NCBI RefSeq assembly: GCF_009914755.1
Contig: NC_060925.1
Direction: 5' to 3' (one strand)
DNA from: the human T2T-CHM13v2.0 reference genome, Homo sapiens
Length of the DNA: 64,000 nucleotides
The translations under genes and the position numbers were made by a program. This document shows, piece after piece, positions 45,922 to 58,891 of the stretch; the stretch's first letter is position 1; every line of letters begins with the position of its first letter. The notes beneath the pieces were generated by a model. That model made no database searches and was not told the origin of the DNA. It worked only from the letters and a program-made list of their open reading frames with translations.

Positions 45922-46368
45922 TGTATTTGTTTGTTAAGGCTTCCATCACAAATTACCACAAGCTGGGTAGCTTAAAACAACAGACATTTCTTGTCTCACA
46001 GTTCTGGAGGCTGGAAGTCCAAAATCAAGGTGTCGGCAGGGCGGTGTTCCCTCTGAAGGGACCAGGAAGGACCTGCCCCAGGGCCCTGTCCCAGCTTGTG
46101 GTGGCTCCTTGGCTTGTGGCAGCAGAAGTCTAATCTCACATGGCATTCTCCCTCTGTGCATGCATGTATGTGTTCAAATGTCTCTTCTTTGTAAGGACAC
46201 CAGTCATAATGGATTAGAGCCCATTCTACTCCAGTGTGACCCCCACCTTAACCAATTACATCTGTAATGGCCCTATTGGCAAACAAGAAAGCATTCTGAG
46301 GTCCGGTTAGGGGTTAGGATTTCAACCCCAAATGTGACTTTTTGTGGGACACATTTCAGCCTATAACA
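45922..46368 (-). mobile_element. MLT1C/D-like solo LTR
   Basis: ACAAATTACCACAAGCTGGGTAGCTTAAAACAACAGA...TCAGCCTATAACA. Confidence 0.75.
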
Positions 46369-46412
46369 CACGAAAACATTAATTAGTTGGTTAATGTCAC
46401 AGTGGTCGTTAA

Positions 46413-46542
46413 CCCATTTATGCCTGAGGTTGCAATTTTTTGAATTTTTGCAATCAGACCTTGGTGATGACCTTGAACAGTAGGATATGAATAACTCCCA
46501 CAAGCTTAGCATTCCAATAATGGAACACTAGGCATAAATGGG
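46413..46542 (-). mobile_element. MER85 (non-autonomous piggyBac/PGBD3 MITE)
   Basis: Perfect 13-bp TIRs CCCATTTATGCCT / AGGCATAAATGGG, TTAA on the left flank, and internal palindrome ATTCCAATAATGGAAC (46511-46526). The body matches the recalled MER85 consensus. Confidence 0.92.
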
Positions 46543-47794
46543 TTTGGGTGCAACAACGAAACAAGAAGAGAGCTGGCAATTGAAAGAAAATTGAAAGTTA
46601 CTAACTCAAGTAGGTTAAGCCCATTGTTTCCTCATACTCTGTGAACATATTCAGCCAGATTGTGCTCCTCTGAAGCTAGCAGAAAAGTGGGGAATTTTAG
46701 ATTCCAGGTGTGAGTTGGGGAGAAGGACGGTTTAAGGTAGGGGAGGGGCAGTGTGGTGCTGATTAGAGGGCACTGGGTAGGGTCCTGCAGACTGGGCAAA
46801 GAGTAGGAGAAGGGATGGAGGAGAGATGGCAGGTTTCAAAGGGAGTCTTTTCATCCTCTCAACTTTCTCCTGTGCCTTTGTGACAGTCACCAAAAGTAAG
46901 TGTATTGAAAATGTGACCCATCCAGGGTTATAATGAGAAGTGTTATCATTGCAGCAGGACATTGCCCTAATGCTTAAATGTCCTGAGGTGTTTGAGGGAA
47001 AGAGCTTTGCTTTCCACTGAATAATCTATCTTAGAGTTTATCCTATGTGTCAACAAATATAGAAATACATTGGCATTTTAATGGGTGCTGAGTATTCAGT
47101 TATGTGGATATTGCATCATTTGTATTAATCACTATTTCTGAATATTTAGGCTGTTCACAAATTTCACTATTTTCTTAGATGCAGTGACCATTCTTGTATA
47201 TACATCTTTGCATGCTTATCTTATTATCTCTTTAAGATAAAGTTCTATAAAAAGTCTCTAATTAAGAAAAAACACTCTATGGATTGATTTCTTACCTCTC
47301 GGTAAACATATGAAGCCAGGATACTGTCTTTAAGAACAACTTCATTCTTACCTCCCTCCCAGCGTGCTAGTCTCCCTCTCCTGCACCCCCCTTCAGATAC
47401 TGTTCTACCCTAAGTCATATCTGGATGCTCCTGCCAAATCTATTGCATTGAAGATGGCAGCCTGGAGCATGGAGGAAGGGGGTGATGGTGGAGGAGGAGT
47501 TGGATGAATCAAGGGAAGGAAGAAAAAAGTCGCATGTGTTAATATGTTATTTATTTTTAATTGCCACAACTTAGAGGTAGGCAATAAAATCCCTAACATC
47601 TGCACTCTGTAGGAGAGTAAGAACTGGCCCCAGAGCACAGGGCTAGTAAGTAAAGCCAAGGTCTGTCTGAATGCGGAGGCCATGTTTGCTAGATTTTATC
47701 ATTTGTTCAAATGTTTTCTGCTGTCCCTCTGGGAGAATATACTTCTTGTCCTATCACTCTAAGGCTGGGCCCTCTAACTTGCTTGGGTCAATGA

Positions 47795-48128
<334 letters not shown>

Positions 48129-50181
48129 AGGAGAAGTCTTAAGAGCAAGGGTGTGTTTGGGCTGTAGCTCCTTTTCCTCTGCTATGAGTCTACTATGCCT
48201 CAAATGAGAAGCTCCTTCAGCCTGAATCCTGAAATGCAGAGGACGGGAAATAGAGCTGCAGGTGACCTGCAATGGGCACTCAGTGTCAGCAAGAAGTAAA
48301 CATTTGTGGTTGGAAGCTTCCAAGTTGGGGGGTGGTGTTTGTTACTGCAGCGTCACTAGCTTAAGCTGTCTGATACAACCATTCTCTCACCATTTCACTA
48401 TCTTTCCTCTCTCTTCTGAGCCTTGCCCTGGTCATTGGCCAAAATGTTTCTATTCTTTCCTTTGGTCACAGAAAAATGAGAAAAAAGAAAAAAACTTTAA
48501 AAATCTAGCAGTGTCCTCTACTAGGTCCATATTTAGACTTCTTTTTAGACTTGATTTTTTTTCGTGGCTTTTTTTGCTTGACTCCCTGAGCTGTAGAGAG
48601 GTAGACATTCCCACCATACATTCAACTCCTGGAATAGGGCCCACTATCCAGAGTGAATAAACACTGTTTTACTGACAACCTGCTTTTCCTTTGAACTTCT
48701 TTTCTCTATTCTGAACCTTTTTTCTGGATAGTTTGATTTGGCTTAAAATCTATTTCTTCTGCTATAATTCAAAATAGTAGAAACATAAGCCTAGCACTTC
48801 TGGAGCCTGTTTTAAAGGGATGGTTTGGGATATTTAGCATACTTCCGCAGCATGTTATCCTCATATCTTCACATGGCCAGTGACAAATGAGGGCCTTGCT
48901 CTAGTAGGTTACCCCAAAGTGTAAGAAGTGAAATCGTGTGACTGTTCTAATATAATATTTCATATCAGGTGCAAAGCTAAAGTGGAGCTCTGGTCCTTGC
49001 TTCTGATCCTTGGTTCATTTTAGAAACTTCCCTGTCATCTTGCCCGATTAAAAACTAATTCACTTATTCAACAAATATTTATGGGACATACACTGGTAGC
49101 CCACGCAAAGATGAAACAAGCAAGGTCTCATCTCCCAAGATGGCACAATTTAGTGAAGGAAGAAGGAAATGTTCTCAGCTGTCCAGGAGGATAAGGTGGG
49201 AGGATCGCCTGAGGCCAGGAGTTTTAAACCAGCCTGGGAAACACAATGAGACCCTGTCCTAAAAAACAAATTTAAAAAAAAAATAGTAAATACACGATTA
49301 CAGTAGAACAGAAAGAGATCCACATCTCGTTGGCACAGGGACCCAGAAAAGGGACATCTCAACAGGACTTGAAGGGGGAGGTTGCACAATCCAGCATAAG
49401 GAAGGGACACTTGAGCTGAGGTTTGGATGACCGTGGGGCACCGGTGCAGCCATGGGAAAGGGCACATCCAGCAGATGAATGGCAAGGGCACAGGCACAGA
49501 GGCACACAGCTCCTTGGCAGGTCATGTGAAGGTGGCTTGCATCTTGAGGGTGGGTACCGGCTCTGCCACTGTCTGCCCACTTCAGCAGGAACTGACAAGC
49601 CCAAGTCCAAGGGGAGGCATGGATTTCCCAATTACTCTGGGGTTGGCTCCTGCACACGTGAGCTTTTGAAGGTCATTTGGCCCTCACTGACTGCCTTGTC
49701 AGAGGAAGAAGCCCCCGTGTGCCTGCGGATATAGCTAATGACTGGAAGTCAGTTTCTGGCAGTACTGCCCATCAGTCCTGCCTCTTTTTATTTTGACTTC
49801 AGCATTAAGTTCTAGCTAAGAAAATTTGGTTGGTGGCTCTGACATATCAATCCTGGCAACTTAAAATTCACTGTTAACAAGATAGGTTGCTCCTCCCTGC
49901 AAGCCTTGGGGCAGGAGCTCGTGGGGAACTCCTAAGCAGTCAGGATTTTGGGAGTCAGAGTCTGAAGCTGAGTTGTGGAAGGGATAAAGAAGAGACCTCT
50001 CATCATCACCATCTCCACAAGCATGGACTATACCAAGGCTCAGCATGAATCACTAATTATAGCATAGCTGTCTTTGCATTTGTTGGGCATCCTAACCACT
50101 AAATCTGCTAGAGTCCTTTGCTCTGAGCAAAGGAATCCAACTCTGGCTAACTTGAATCAAAAGGAAATTATCAGAAAAATA

Positions 50182-50502
50182 GGCCAGGCAGAGTGGCTCA
50201 CACCTGTAATCTCAGTGCTTTGGGAGGTTGAGGCAAGAGGATCACTTGAGGCCAGGAATTTGAGACCAACCTGGGCAACACAGCAAAACCTCATCTCTAC
50301 AAAAAGTAAAAATAACAAAATATAAAAATTACTTGGGCATGGTGGCACGTGCCCAACATCCTAGTTACTTGGGAGGCTGAGGCAGGGAGGATCACTTGAG
50401 CTCAGGTGTTTAAGCCTGCAGTGCTTCATGATGGCACCACTGCAATCCAGACTGGACAACAAAGTGAGACCCCCATCCCTCCCTCCCAACAAAAAGCAAA
50501 AA
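50182..50502 (+). mobile_element. AluJ (followed by MIR ~50570-50780)
   Basis: Sense Alu dimer; MIR core GAGGAAAATGAGGG...GGGATTCAAACCCAGG. Confidence 0.8.
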
Positions 50503-50937
50503 ATATTGCTTTTTTCTTGAGCACTCACAGAATCAATACGAACTTTGAGAGCCAGGTTTGAAACTGTAACAACAGGGAGCACGTAGATAGCATTGAATAT
50601 GTGCCAGGTGCATTTTACAGTTATTAACTCACCTAATCCTCACTATAGCTGTTAGGCACTTACTGCTATTACCCGCCTTTTGCATTTGAGGAAAATGAGG
50701 GCAGGGAGAGTAAGTGACTCACCTAATGTCACAGGGTCAGTGAGCTGGGATTCAAACCCAGGCATTCTGGCTCCCAAGGCTTCCCCAAGTGTGAAGAAGC
50801 AGCATATACAGGAATGCTCTGATAGCAGGGATCTGCTCAAGGAACTATGGAACAAACACCCATCTCTCCAGGTCTCTTTGTCTCTTTGTTCAGTTTTGAA
50901 TTCCAAGGAGTTATCATCCTGCTGGCCTCGAATAGGG

Positions 50938-51410
50938 TGTTAACGAATCCACTGAAAAGGAATGTTTTTAAAAAGAGTCTTTATTCCAACCAGCAGTTTG
51001 CCAACTGGGGAGACTCAGCCTTCAGTATAAAACAAAGGCACGTCTGCCAGAACAAAGAGAAGGGCTATCCTGCATAGAAAAAGTTTCTGCTTAGATTCTA
51101 ATCCCAGTTCCCATTGCATCTGAGGGATGCAAGCTTGTTCAGTTCTGATTTGCTGATGTTAAAGTTGACCACGGGTCACATTTCATTGGTCAGGTTCAGG
51201 TGGTAGAATGAGGACGTCGGCAGCAGTTGATTCTGGCAGTGTGAGCAGGAACAGACAGCTAAGAAGGCCCCAACATTGAGCTACTGTTCGGCTTGCACAG
51301 GGCATGTAGGGAACCTGCAGTAGGCAAATGGCTTTCAGCGCCACTCAGAATTCAGACCCGGATAGCCCCTCAGGATCCATCTCGAAGGGCTGGCTCTCTC
51401 AGGGTTCACA
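50938..51410 (-). mobile_element. ERV1-class solo LTR (MER89/MER90-like, tentative)
   Basis: Minus strand begins TGTGAACCCTGAGAGAGCCAGCCCTTCGAGATGGATCCTGAG and ends ...AATAAAG...GTTAACA. Confidence 0.6.
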
Positions 51411-54400
51411 CAGGCATGTGCCTACCCCTTGTCAGGGTGAAGGCAGTGGTACTGGAGTCCTAATTCCAGCCCTACCAGGCTGTGCTCAGTGGAGAAAAGG
51501 CAACTTCTCAAAGCAAAATTGGGATACTGTTATAGAGGATAATGGAAGGTCAACAGCAGAAAAACAATGGTCCCTGCAGCTGTCGGGGAAGCTCTCTCTG
51601 GGGTTCTCATTCTACCGAGAACCACCATGAGTAGAGTGCCAGTCCCTGAACCCAGGGCCTTCCATGCACACCATCATTAAACCTTGAGGCAGGCCTTTGG
51701 GGTGGGTATCATCACCCCAATTCACACGTGAGGACACGAAGTCTCACAGAGGGCAAGAAACTAGGTCACGTAAAATTAGGGTTTGAATTCAGGGCCCAAC
51801 CCTGAAGCCCAGCTCTAAGGGTTGCTGGATAAACACCCAGCAGTGCTCCTGAATGGGTGGCCGGCAGGTTGGGGAGGGTCAGCTTATTCTGCTTGCAGGG
51901 CCTAGGCTAGTGTGGAGCTGAGCTGGTGCCTGGACTTCCAGAGAGCAGGGCACTTCGGTCACCATCTGCTGGCTCCTAAATCCGAGTTGCTGGCTCAATG
52001 GGAAGTGTGTGTTGTCCAGCCAGCCAGCCTGTACTCCACGGCGTCCATTCCTGCACCTTCCACCCTTCTCAGGATTCCCAGAGCCTTTATCTGAAAACTC
52101 CCTGTGAGAAAGGAGTCTCCCCTCACCCCTGGACCAGCTCTCCCTCCCACCCTCCTACACTGGAGGGATCTGAGAAAAGAAAAGGAAGGAAAGTCAGAAG
52201 GGAGAATGGCTCTTGTTTTCCTCATCTGAAGTGGGGAAGAATCTAAAACAACCCAAACAAGTGGAACCCAGGAGCTCCCACCACGGCGGGACCCCCAGGA
52301 AGTCTGTGTTCCAGCCCCCAGTGCAGGACCAGGGAGTGAGCCGGGATGAACAGGCAGCGAGGGGAGGCCACATCGAGAGTGAGAAGTGGGATCCCTAGTA
52401 GGAGACACAGAGGATGCCTTGGGCTGCAGCACTGGGACCTTTGCCTAGGGGAGCCCAGACGCGTCCTGCCCTTTTGCAGCTCCCCAGAGCACACAGCACG
52501 AAATCAGTGAATTCAGAAGACACTGTTGAGTGCCCGTTCTGCACAGGCTCTGTACTAGGGACACAAAGATGATTGAACGGCTCACTCTGGAAGTCCTGAT
52601 CTAGTGAGGGACACGGTCAAGTAGATAAGTAACTAAGACCTCAGACAGATGATGGCGAGGGCCACAGTCGGAGGTAAGCGAGAGGTGATGGCAGAACAGA
52701 GATGAACCACAAAGTTCATGGAGTCTGGGGGGAAGACTTCGTGGAAAAGGAGGATTTGAGTTGGACGTGGGCAAGCTGAGCTAGGACTGGAGATGAGTGT
52801 GATAAACGGCCGTGACAGCCGGGACAAGGGCTCATAACTAGAGGAGACGAGAAGGAGGTGGGTCTTCTGGAAGATAGGTGCTTGGGTTGCAGATTTTCCC
52901 AGGGAAAAAGAAGGGGATGTTCCCCGTGAGCAGAACTCACCTCTCTCCTGATAGGCGGCTGGCAGTCGCTTGCTGAATGAATACATCGGTGAATGGATGA
53001 AGGGCTTGACAGCCAGGCTGAGGCGCTCCCTCTTTGTTCTGCATGAATCACAGCAGTGGAACTCTTGAGCCCAAAGGGCCAGAAGGAGAGACAAGAGTAC
53101 ATTCTGGCAAAAGCAGGATTTCTTCCTGAAGGAGGAGCACATCTCTAGTTGGAACAGGACAAATCGGGCCTGACCTGGATTCCTGGTTTCAGCAGCGCAT
53201 CCGTGGACCTCCTTTTAGTCCCTCTGTATTCTTTGCTAGGGTTGCCAGAGCAAAGTACCACAAACTGGGTGGCTTAGAACCACAGAAATATATCGTCTCA
53301 CTGTTCTGGAAGCCAGAAGACTGAAATCAGGGTGTCGGCAGGGCTATGCTGCCCCTGAGGGCTCTGGGAAGGACCTGCTCCGGCCTCTCTCCCAGCTCCT
53401 TGTAGATCCTTGGCAGCATAACTCCAATCTTCACGTGGTGCTTTCCCTAGCACCTGTCTGTCTCTATGTCCAAATCTCCCCTCTTCATAAGGACACCAGT
53501 CCTGCTGGATTAGGGCCCACCCTAATGACCTCATTCTAACTGAATCATCTCTTCAAGTACAGTCACATTCTGAGGTGCTGGGGGTTAGGACTTCAATGTC
53601 TAAATTTTGGGGGACACAATTCAGTCCGTCGCCCTTCCCCTGAGGCTGGTCCAGGATACAGGCTTGCATTGAGCAGTATCTCCAACCATTTGAAAATGCC
53701 AGGCAGCCTTCCCCAGCCCAGCACCCCAGAGGCCTAAAATGAAAGCTTGGATGATGGGAAGGTGCTTCTCAGGCTGTCTGGGCAGCTTTCATCTTCCTGC
53801 TAGAGGAAGGGGACTGCTTTACCCGCACATCCCACGACATCCACGGCTGCCTCATCAGCAAGGCTAATGAGGATGCCCATCTCACAAGCATATGGATCTC
53901 GACCAGGAGATCAATCTAAGTCTAAAAACAGAAAGCTGAAAGCTTCCCAGGCAATGGTGTGACCAGGAAGTCGTAGCTGTGTTGTTGGATCCCTCTTTAT
54001 ATTTCACCTGGGAAGACAGCGTTTAAGAAGATGAAGGAAAATAGCCACATTTAAGCAACAAGGGGCAAGAAAGAAGATGCAGGGAAAAGACCTGCCTCTG
54101 TTGGCCCCAGGCTCCCCAAGTGGGGAGTAGGATTTCGGGATAAAAGGAGAAGGAGATCATCTGCCTGGCGGAGGAGTGTGCCTCAGTGGTATCCGTGCCT
54201 CCCTCAGGTGGTGCTTAGAAGTCAATTTCTCTGCTTACCCAGGAGCCTCTACCTTTTAATTTTTTTAAAAAATGAGTCATTTACATTTCTCATTTATTTC
54301 TACTGTTCTGCCAACAGATGAGGGCATTTTTAACTTATTAGGCATTATTATCAGCCACAGGTTAAAAAAAAAAAACAATACCTTAGCACTGAGGGGCAGA

Positions 54401-54490
54401 TAAAAAGGTGAGAGAAATCCCCTGTGGTCCATTTCACAACCTCCTTTGTGCCCAATGATGGTGTGAAACTCTCAGTGAAGCTTCGATTCC
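50960..54490 (-). ncRNA. Spliced antisense transcript in TRIM67 intron 1 (predicted exons ~54490-54382, 53038-52941, 52169-~50960); probably the annotated TRIM67-AS1/LOC149373 (recall)
   Basis: Minus-strand donors AAG|GTATTG (54382) and GAG|GTGAGT (52941). Acceptors TCATGCAG| (53038) and CTGAC-TTTCCTTCCTTTTCTTTTCTCAG| (52169). AATAAA at 50985-50980. Ends are approximate. Confidence 0.6.
53225..53630 (-). mobile_element. MLT1C-like solo LTR
   Basis: AAGTACCACAAACTGGGTGGCTTA...TAAGGACACCAGTC...GGGGGACACAATTCAG. Confidence 0.75.
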
Positions 54491-56122
54491 TGTTTTAATA
54501 CACGCCCCATCTCTACTGTCTCCCAAGTGGGGCATCAAACTGCAGGAGGCGGAGTGGGAGAGGCGGGGTGGGAAAGGCGGGCAGAAGGAAGCCACGTGGC
54601 TGGGTAGCCAGAGGGACAGCGGGCAAGCTCTCTCTGATCCACGCCAGGCACAAAGGAGCTGCTGTAGTGCTTCTGGAGAGAGACCCAGGCAGGCAGATGC
54701 TTGGTTAGGCTGTGGGAACAAGAAAGTAGCTCAGCACTCCAGACGCCTAAGATGAAAGCTTGGCTGATGGGAAGTGACAGGAGTGAATCTATGGGATCTC
54801 CCTTCCTAGAGAAAAGCAAGTCCTGTTCTTTCGTGTTCTCTCCCAGAGGAGAGCTGCCTGCACTTCCCTGCCCTGCCAATCCATTTTTGCTTCCCATGCT
54901 CTCCCACTCTCACAGAGACATCTTTGTGAGAGCGTGATCTATGACTGTGTCCACATAATCCCTTCCACCCCTCCATCACACTGGGACCCGTGTTACATGG
55001 CACCATATTGCTATTCAAGGCAGTCTTGGTTGCTTCTGCCTCCCCCAGACACCTTGCTCTGTGTGGGACAGGAGCAGGAGGAGGTGGTGGTCAGTGTCAT
55101 CCTCCCACATGTGTCCCCTGCAGTGCAGGGACAAAGCCCAGACTGATGGCAACGTTGCTTTATCAACATTCGCAAAGTGGCTGTGGAGGCTTCCTACACA
55201 GCTGCACATTTGAAATCCTAATGAGCTGGAGAGTGGAGCTTGGGTCTGATGAAACCATCATTGGCAGACAGGCAACCCTGCCCAAGCACACAGAATGCCA
55301 GGGACAAGGGTCCCCTGGAGAATAAAGATGCAGCTGGAAGATGGTGGGTGGTCTCAGCCCAGCAGCCCTGCCTCCGAGGGATTTTAATGGGAAATTAGGT
55401 TTTGTCCTCCTTCCACGTTGGTTGAACATCCAAAGTGCAGTGCAATGGAGTGCAAAGAGCATCGACTTTGGATTCAGAAAAATCTGGGTTTGAGTCCTGG
55501 CCACACTACTTACTAGCTGTGTGACTTTGAGCAAATTACTTCCCCTCTCGAGCCCATGCTCCCTTCTGTAAAATGGTGTTAATATGGCACCTCCTTGCTA
55601 GGTTATGAGGAATCAGATAAATTCGGCATGTAAAGAGCTCAGCACTTAGCAAGCTGTCGGTTGTTATTCTTATTGCTATTAATGGGAAGTCACCAGTTGC
55701 TACTGATCCTGTCCCACCTCAGGAGAGGAGAGGCCATCAAGTCCAGGTTGTGACTGGGTTCGGGCAGTCAGACCTTTGTCCTGTGGCACAAAAATGACAT
55801 TGTTCTCCACAAGATCCACTTTTCTGGCCTCAGCGGGTGGATCTGTGTCTGGTGGATGTTGGTTCTGTGATGGATCTTGTCCTGAGAACTGCCTCATGGG
55901 CCCAGTACAAAGCTGACGATCCAGGTAGAAACAGACCCTCAATCAGGCACCATTTATAGTGGGTCCTGTGTACTAGCCTCCGGGCTCTGAGCTGGGGATG
56001 CGACACTGGATAAATCCAACGTGACTTCATTGAGTGCACAGTCCTCTGAGCAGCAGACATTGAACAGTTCTGTGGCCACATGTGAAATGAGGTTTTTAAA
56101 AATGATAAATTTAATTGCCAGT

Positions 56123-56970
56123 CATAGCAGGCTCAATGATGGCCTCCAAGGACGACATCCATATCTTTATTCCTGGAACCCATGTAAGGTGAATGTTACC
56201 TTACATGGCGAAAGAGCTTTGCAAATGTGATAAATGTGATGAAGTTAAGCATCTTGAGATGGGGAGATTATCCTGCTTTAACCTCACAATCATTGTGGGT
56301 CCAATGTCACCAGAAAGGTTCTTGTAAGAGGGAGATAGGAGGATCAGAGTTAGTCATAGGAGATGAGGATGGAAGCAAGATGTCTTAGTCTTCAGGATGC
56401 TATAACAAAATACCATAGACAGGGGGGTTGATAAACAAAAGGAATGTACTTCTCACAGTTCTGGAGGCTAGGAAGTCCAAGATCAGTGCCTAGCAGATTT
56501 GGTGCCTGGCAGGACGTTTTCTTGATTCATAGATGGCATCTTCTCACTCTGGGGCCTCACTCTGGGGCCTGTTTTATAAGGGTTCTAATCCCCTTCATGA
56601 GGGCTCCACCCTCATGACCTCACCACCTCCCAAAGTCCCCACTGCTGATACCACCTCTCCTGGGGTTAGGATTCAACATATGAATCTGGGGGAGATGCAA
56701 GCATTCAGACCATAGCACATGAAGTTGAACGATGCCAGGAAGGGGCCGCAAGCCAAGGAATGTGGGTGACCTCTAGAAGCCAGAAAAGGCACAGAAGAGG
56801 ATTCTCCCTTAGAGCCTCCAGAAGGAACCAGCCCTGCCCATACCTTGATTTTAGGCTTGTAAGACACATTTTGGACTTCTGACCTCTAGAACCATAAAAT
56901 GATAAATTTGTGTTGATCTAGGCTACGAGGCTTATGGCAACTTGTCACAGCAGCAATAAGAAACTAATGT
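56123..56970 (+). mobile_element. MLT1D-like LTR with a nested antisense MLT1A-like LTR (~56381-56717)
   Basis: MLT1D motifs on both sides of an inverted MLT1A body. Confidence 0.7.
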
Positions 56971-57937
56971 CCCATAGGAACCCATGACAGAGTGAGCCTG
57001 GGGATTCAGGGAAAGGCAGATCCTCCCAGAGAGTTCTCTTCTTTTGCAACAGCCCTAGATGAAGGCAGTGGTGGCGCCTTCAAAGAGATCTAGTCTGTGT
57101 TGACAGAGTCGTGGCAGCAGGCTCCATGTAGGGGTTCTGAGAATTGGATGTGGCTTGAAGCACTGAACAGAACATTGGATCAGCATCTGGAGAGCCCCAT
57201 TCCAGTCCCAGCTCTCCTCCTTACTGGCTTAGCGACACAAACACAGGGAGCTGCAGGGACAGGAGCTGATCTTCTGAGCTGCTTTGCCTCAGGGGATCTC
57301 CCCCCAGCTCTGGGCCACAGCCACTGCAGAGAGAGGCTGCCTGGATCAACCCCTGGCTCCTAGTTCTTCTACCAATGACCCCTTCTGTTTCTGGGGGGTC
57401 ACCTTCAGCCTGCGGCCCCCGGCGTAACATACCAGGGGCTGCCACCCAGCATTGCTCCCTTCGTAGCCAATGCTGAGCTGGCTCCTCCCTAAGTGGACAT
57501 CTACCCAGGGGCGTCCCTCTCCCCTGTGCCCTTACCATCAATCCCTCATGCTGCATGGAGCAAAGTCTCTGTGGCCTGGATCCTCAGGGCGGGGGACTGG
57601 ATCCTGGGAGCGGACTGGGAGCGGGGAAGCCGGTGGGGTTGGGGAATCCGGGAGGTCTGGCTGCCACTATTTCATGGGAGAAGGGTCTGCCCAAGTCTCC
57701 CTCTCAGGACCCTCCTTTGTCCTATTCTTTCCCCACTTCCAGGGTCTCCACGTGCTCACCTCCTCCCTCTCTCATCCCTGTGAGTCACCTCCAGTGACTC
57801 CATGGGTCACACCTTGTTTCCAGTCTCCAGGCCTGTTGCTGCATCTGCCTCAATCACAGGGTGATCAAGGCTCCCCACCATATTTCTGAGCCTCAGTTTA
57901 GGCTGGACGCTAGGGAAGTTATATTTATTCATCATCA

Positions 57938-58231
<294 letters not shown>

Positions 58232-58891
58232 GAAGTTATCTTTATTCTGGTTACTGGGCTCTTGGAACCTAGGCCTGGCCATTGAGAGAAGACTAGAAAA
58301 CAAAGCCGCTCTCCGCGGACTGGCAAGGGGTGTTGAGATGGTGGGTGGGGGGCTTCCCCAGCTGTTGGCAGGTTGCTCAGTAAAGGGGGAGAGCAGGGCA
58401 GGGCAGAGGAACCCTCTGGTGTGCAATAGAGACAGGGCATCAGGAGCGTGGGGCATCAGAAGCCTCATCCAGTGTGACTAAATGTGAACCAGGTCAGTGG
58501 CGGCAGTTAACCTAGAAATAGTTAACACCCAGAAGTCATAAAAAGCGGGTCAGTCCTCAGAGTAGGGTCAGACTGCTGGTGCCCGGGACCATATGGGGCT
58601 CCATGCCCTAGAAACAGTAGGTTTGGAATGACCACAAGGCCATTTTAATTATGCCCAGTGTGGGAGAGGATTGAGACTTGAATATCTCAGGGAGCTAGTC
58701 AGACAAAAATCTAGAGCAAAATCAATTCACTGACACAAATATTTATGGAGCACATTCTACATGTCAGGTACTATGCTGCCTACCTTGTGGCACTCCAACT
58801 CTGCTCAAGGCAGAGATCTCCAGCGTGCAGTGGGGCAGCAGGGCAGGGAGCTGATGCAGCTTTCCTGGGCCACCCATCTTTAGAGAGTGAG

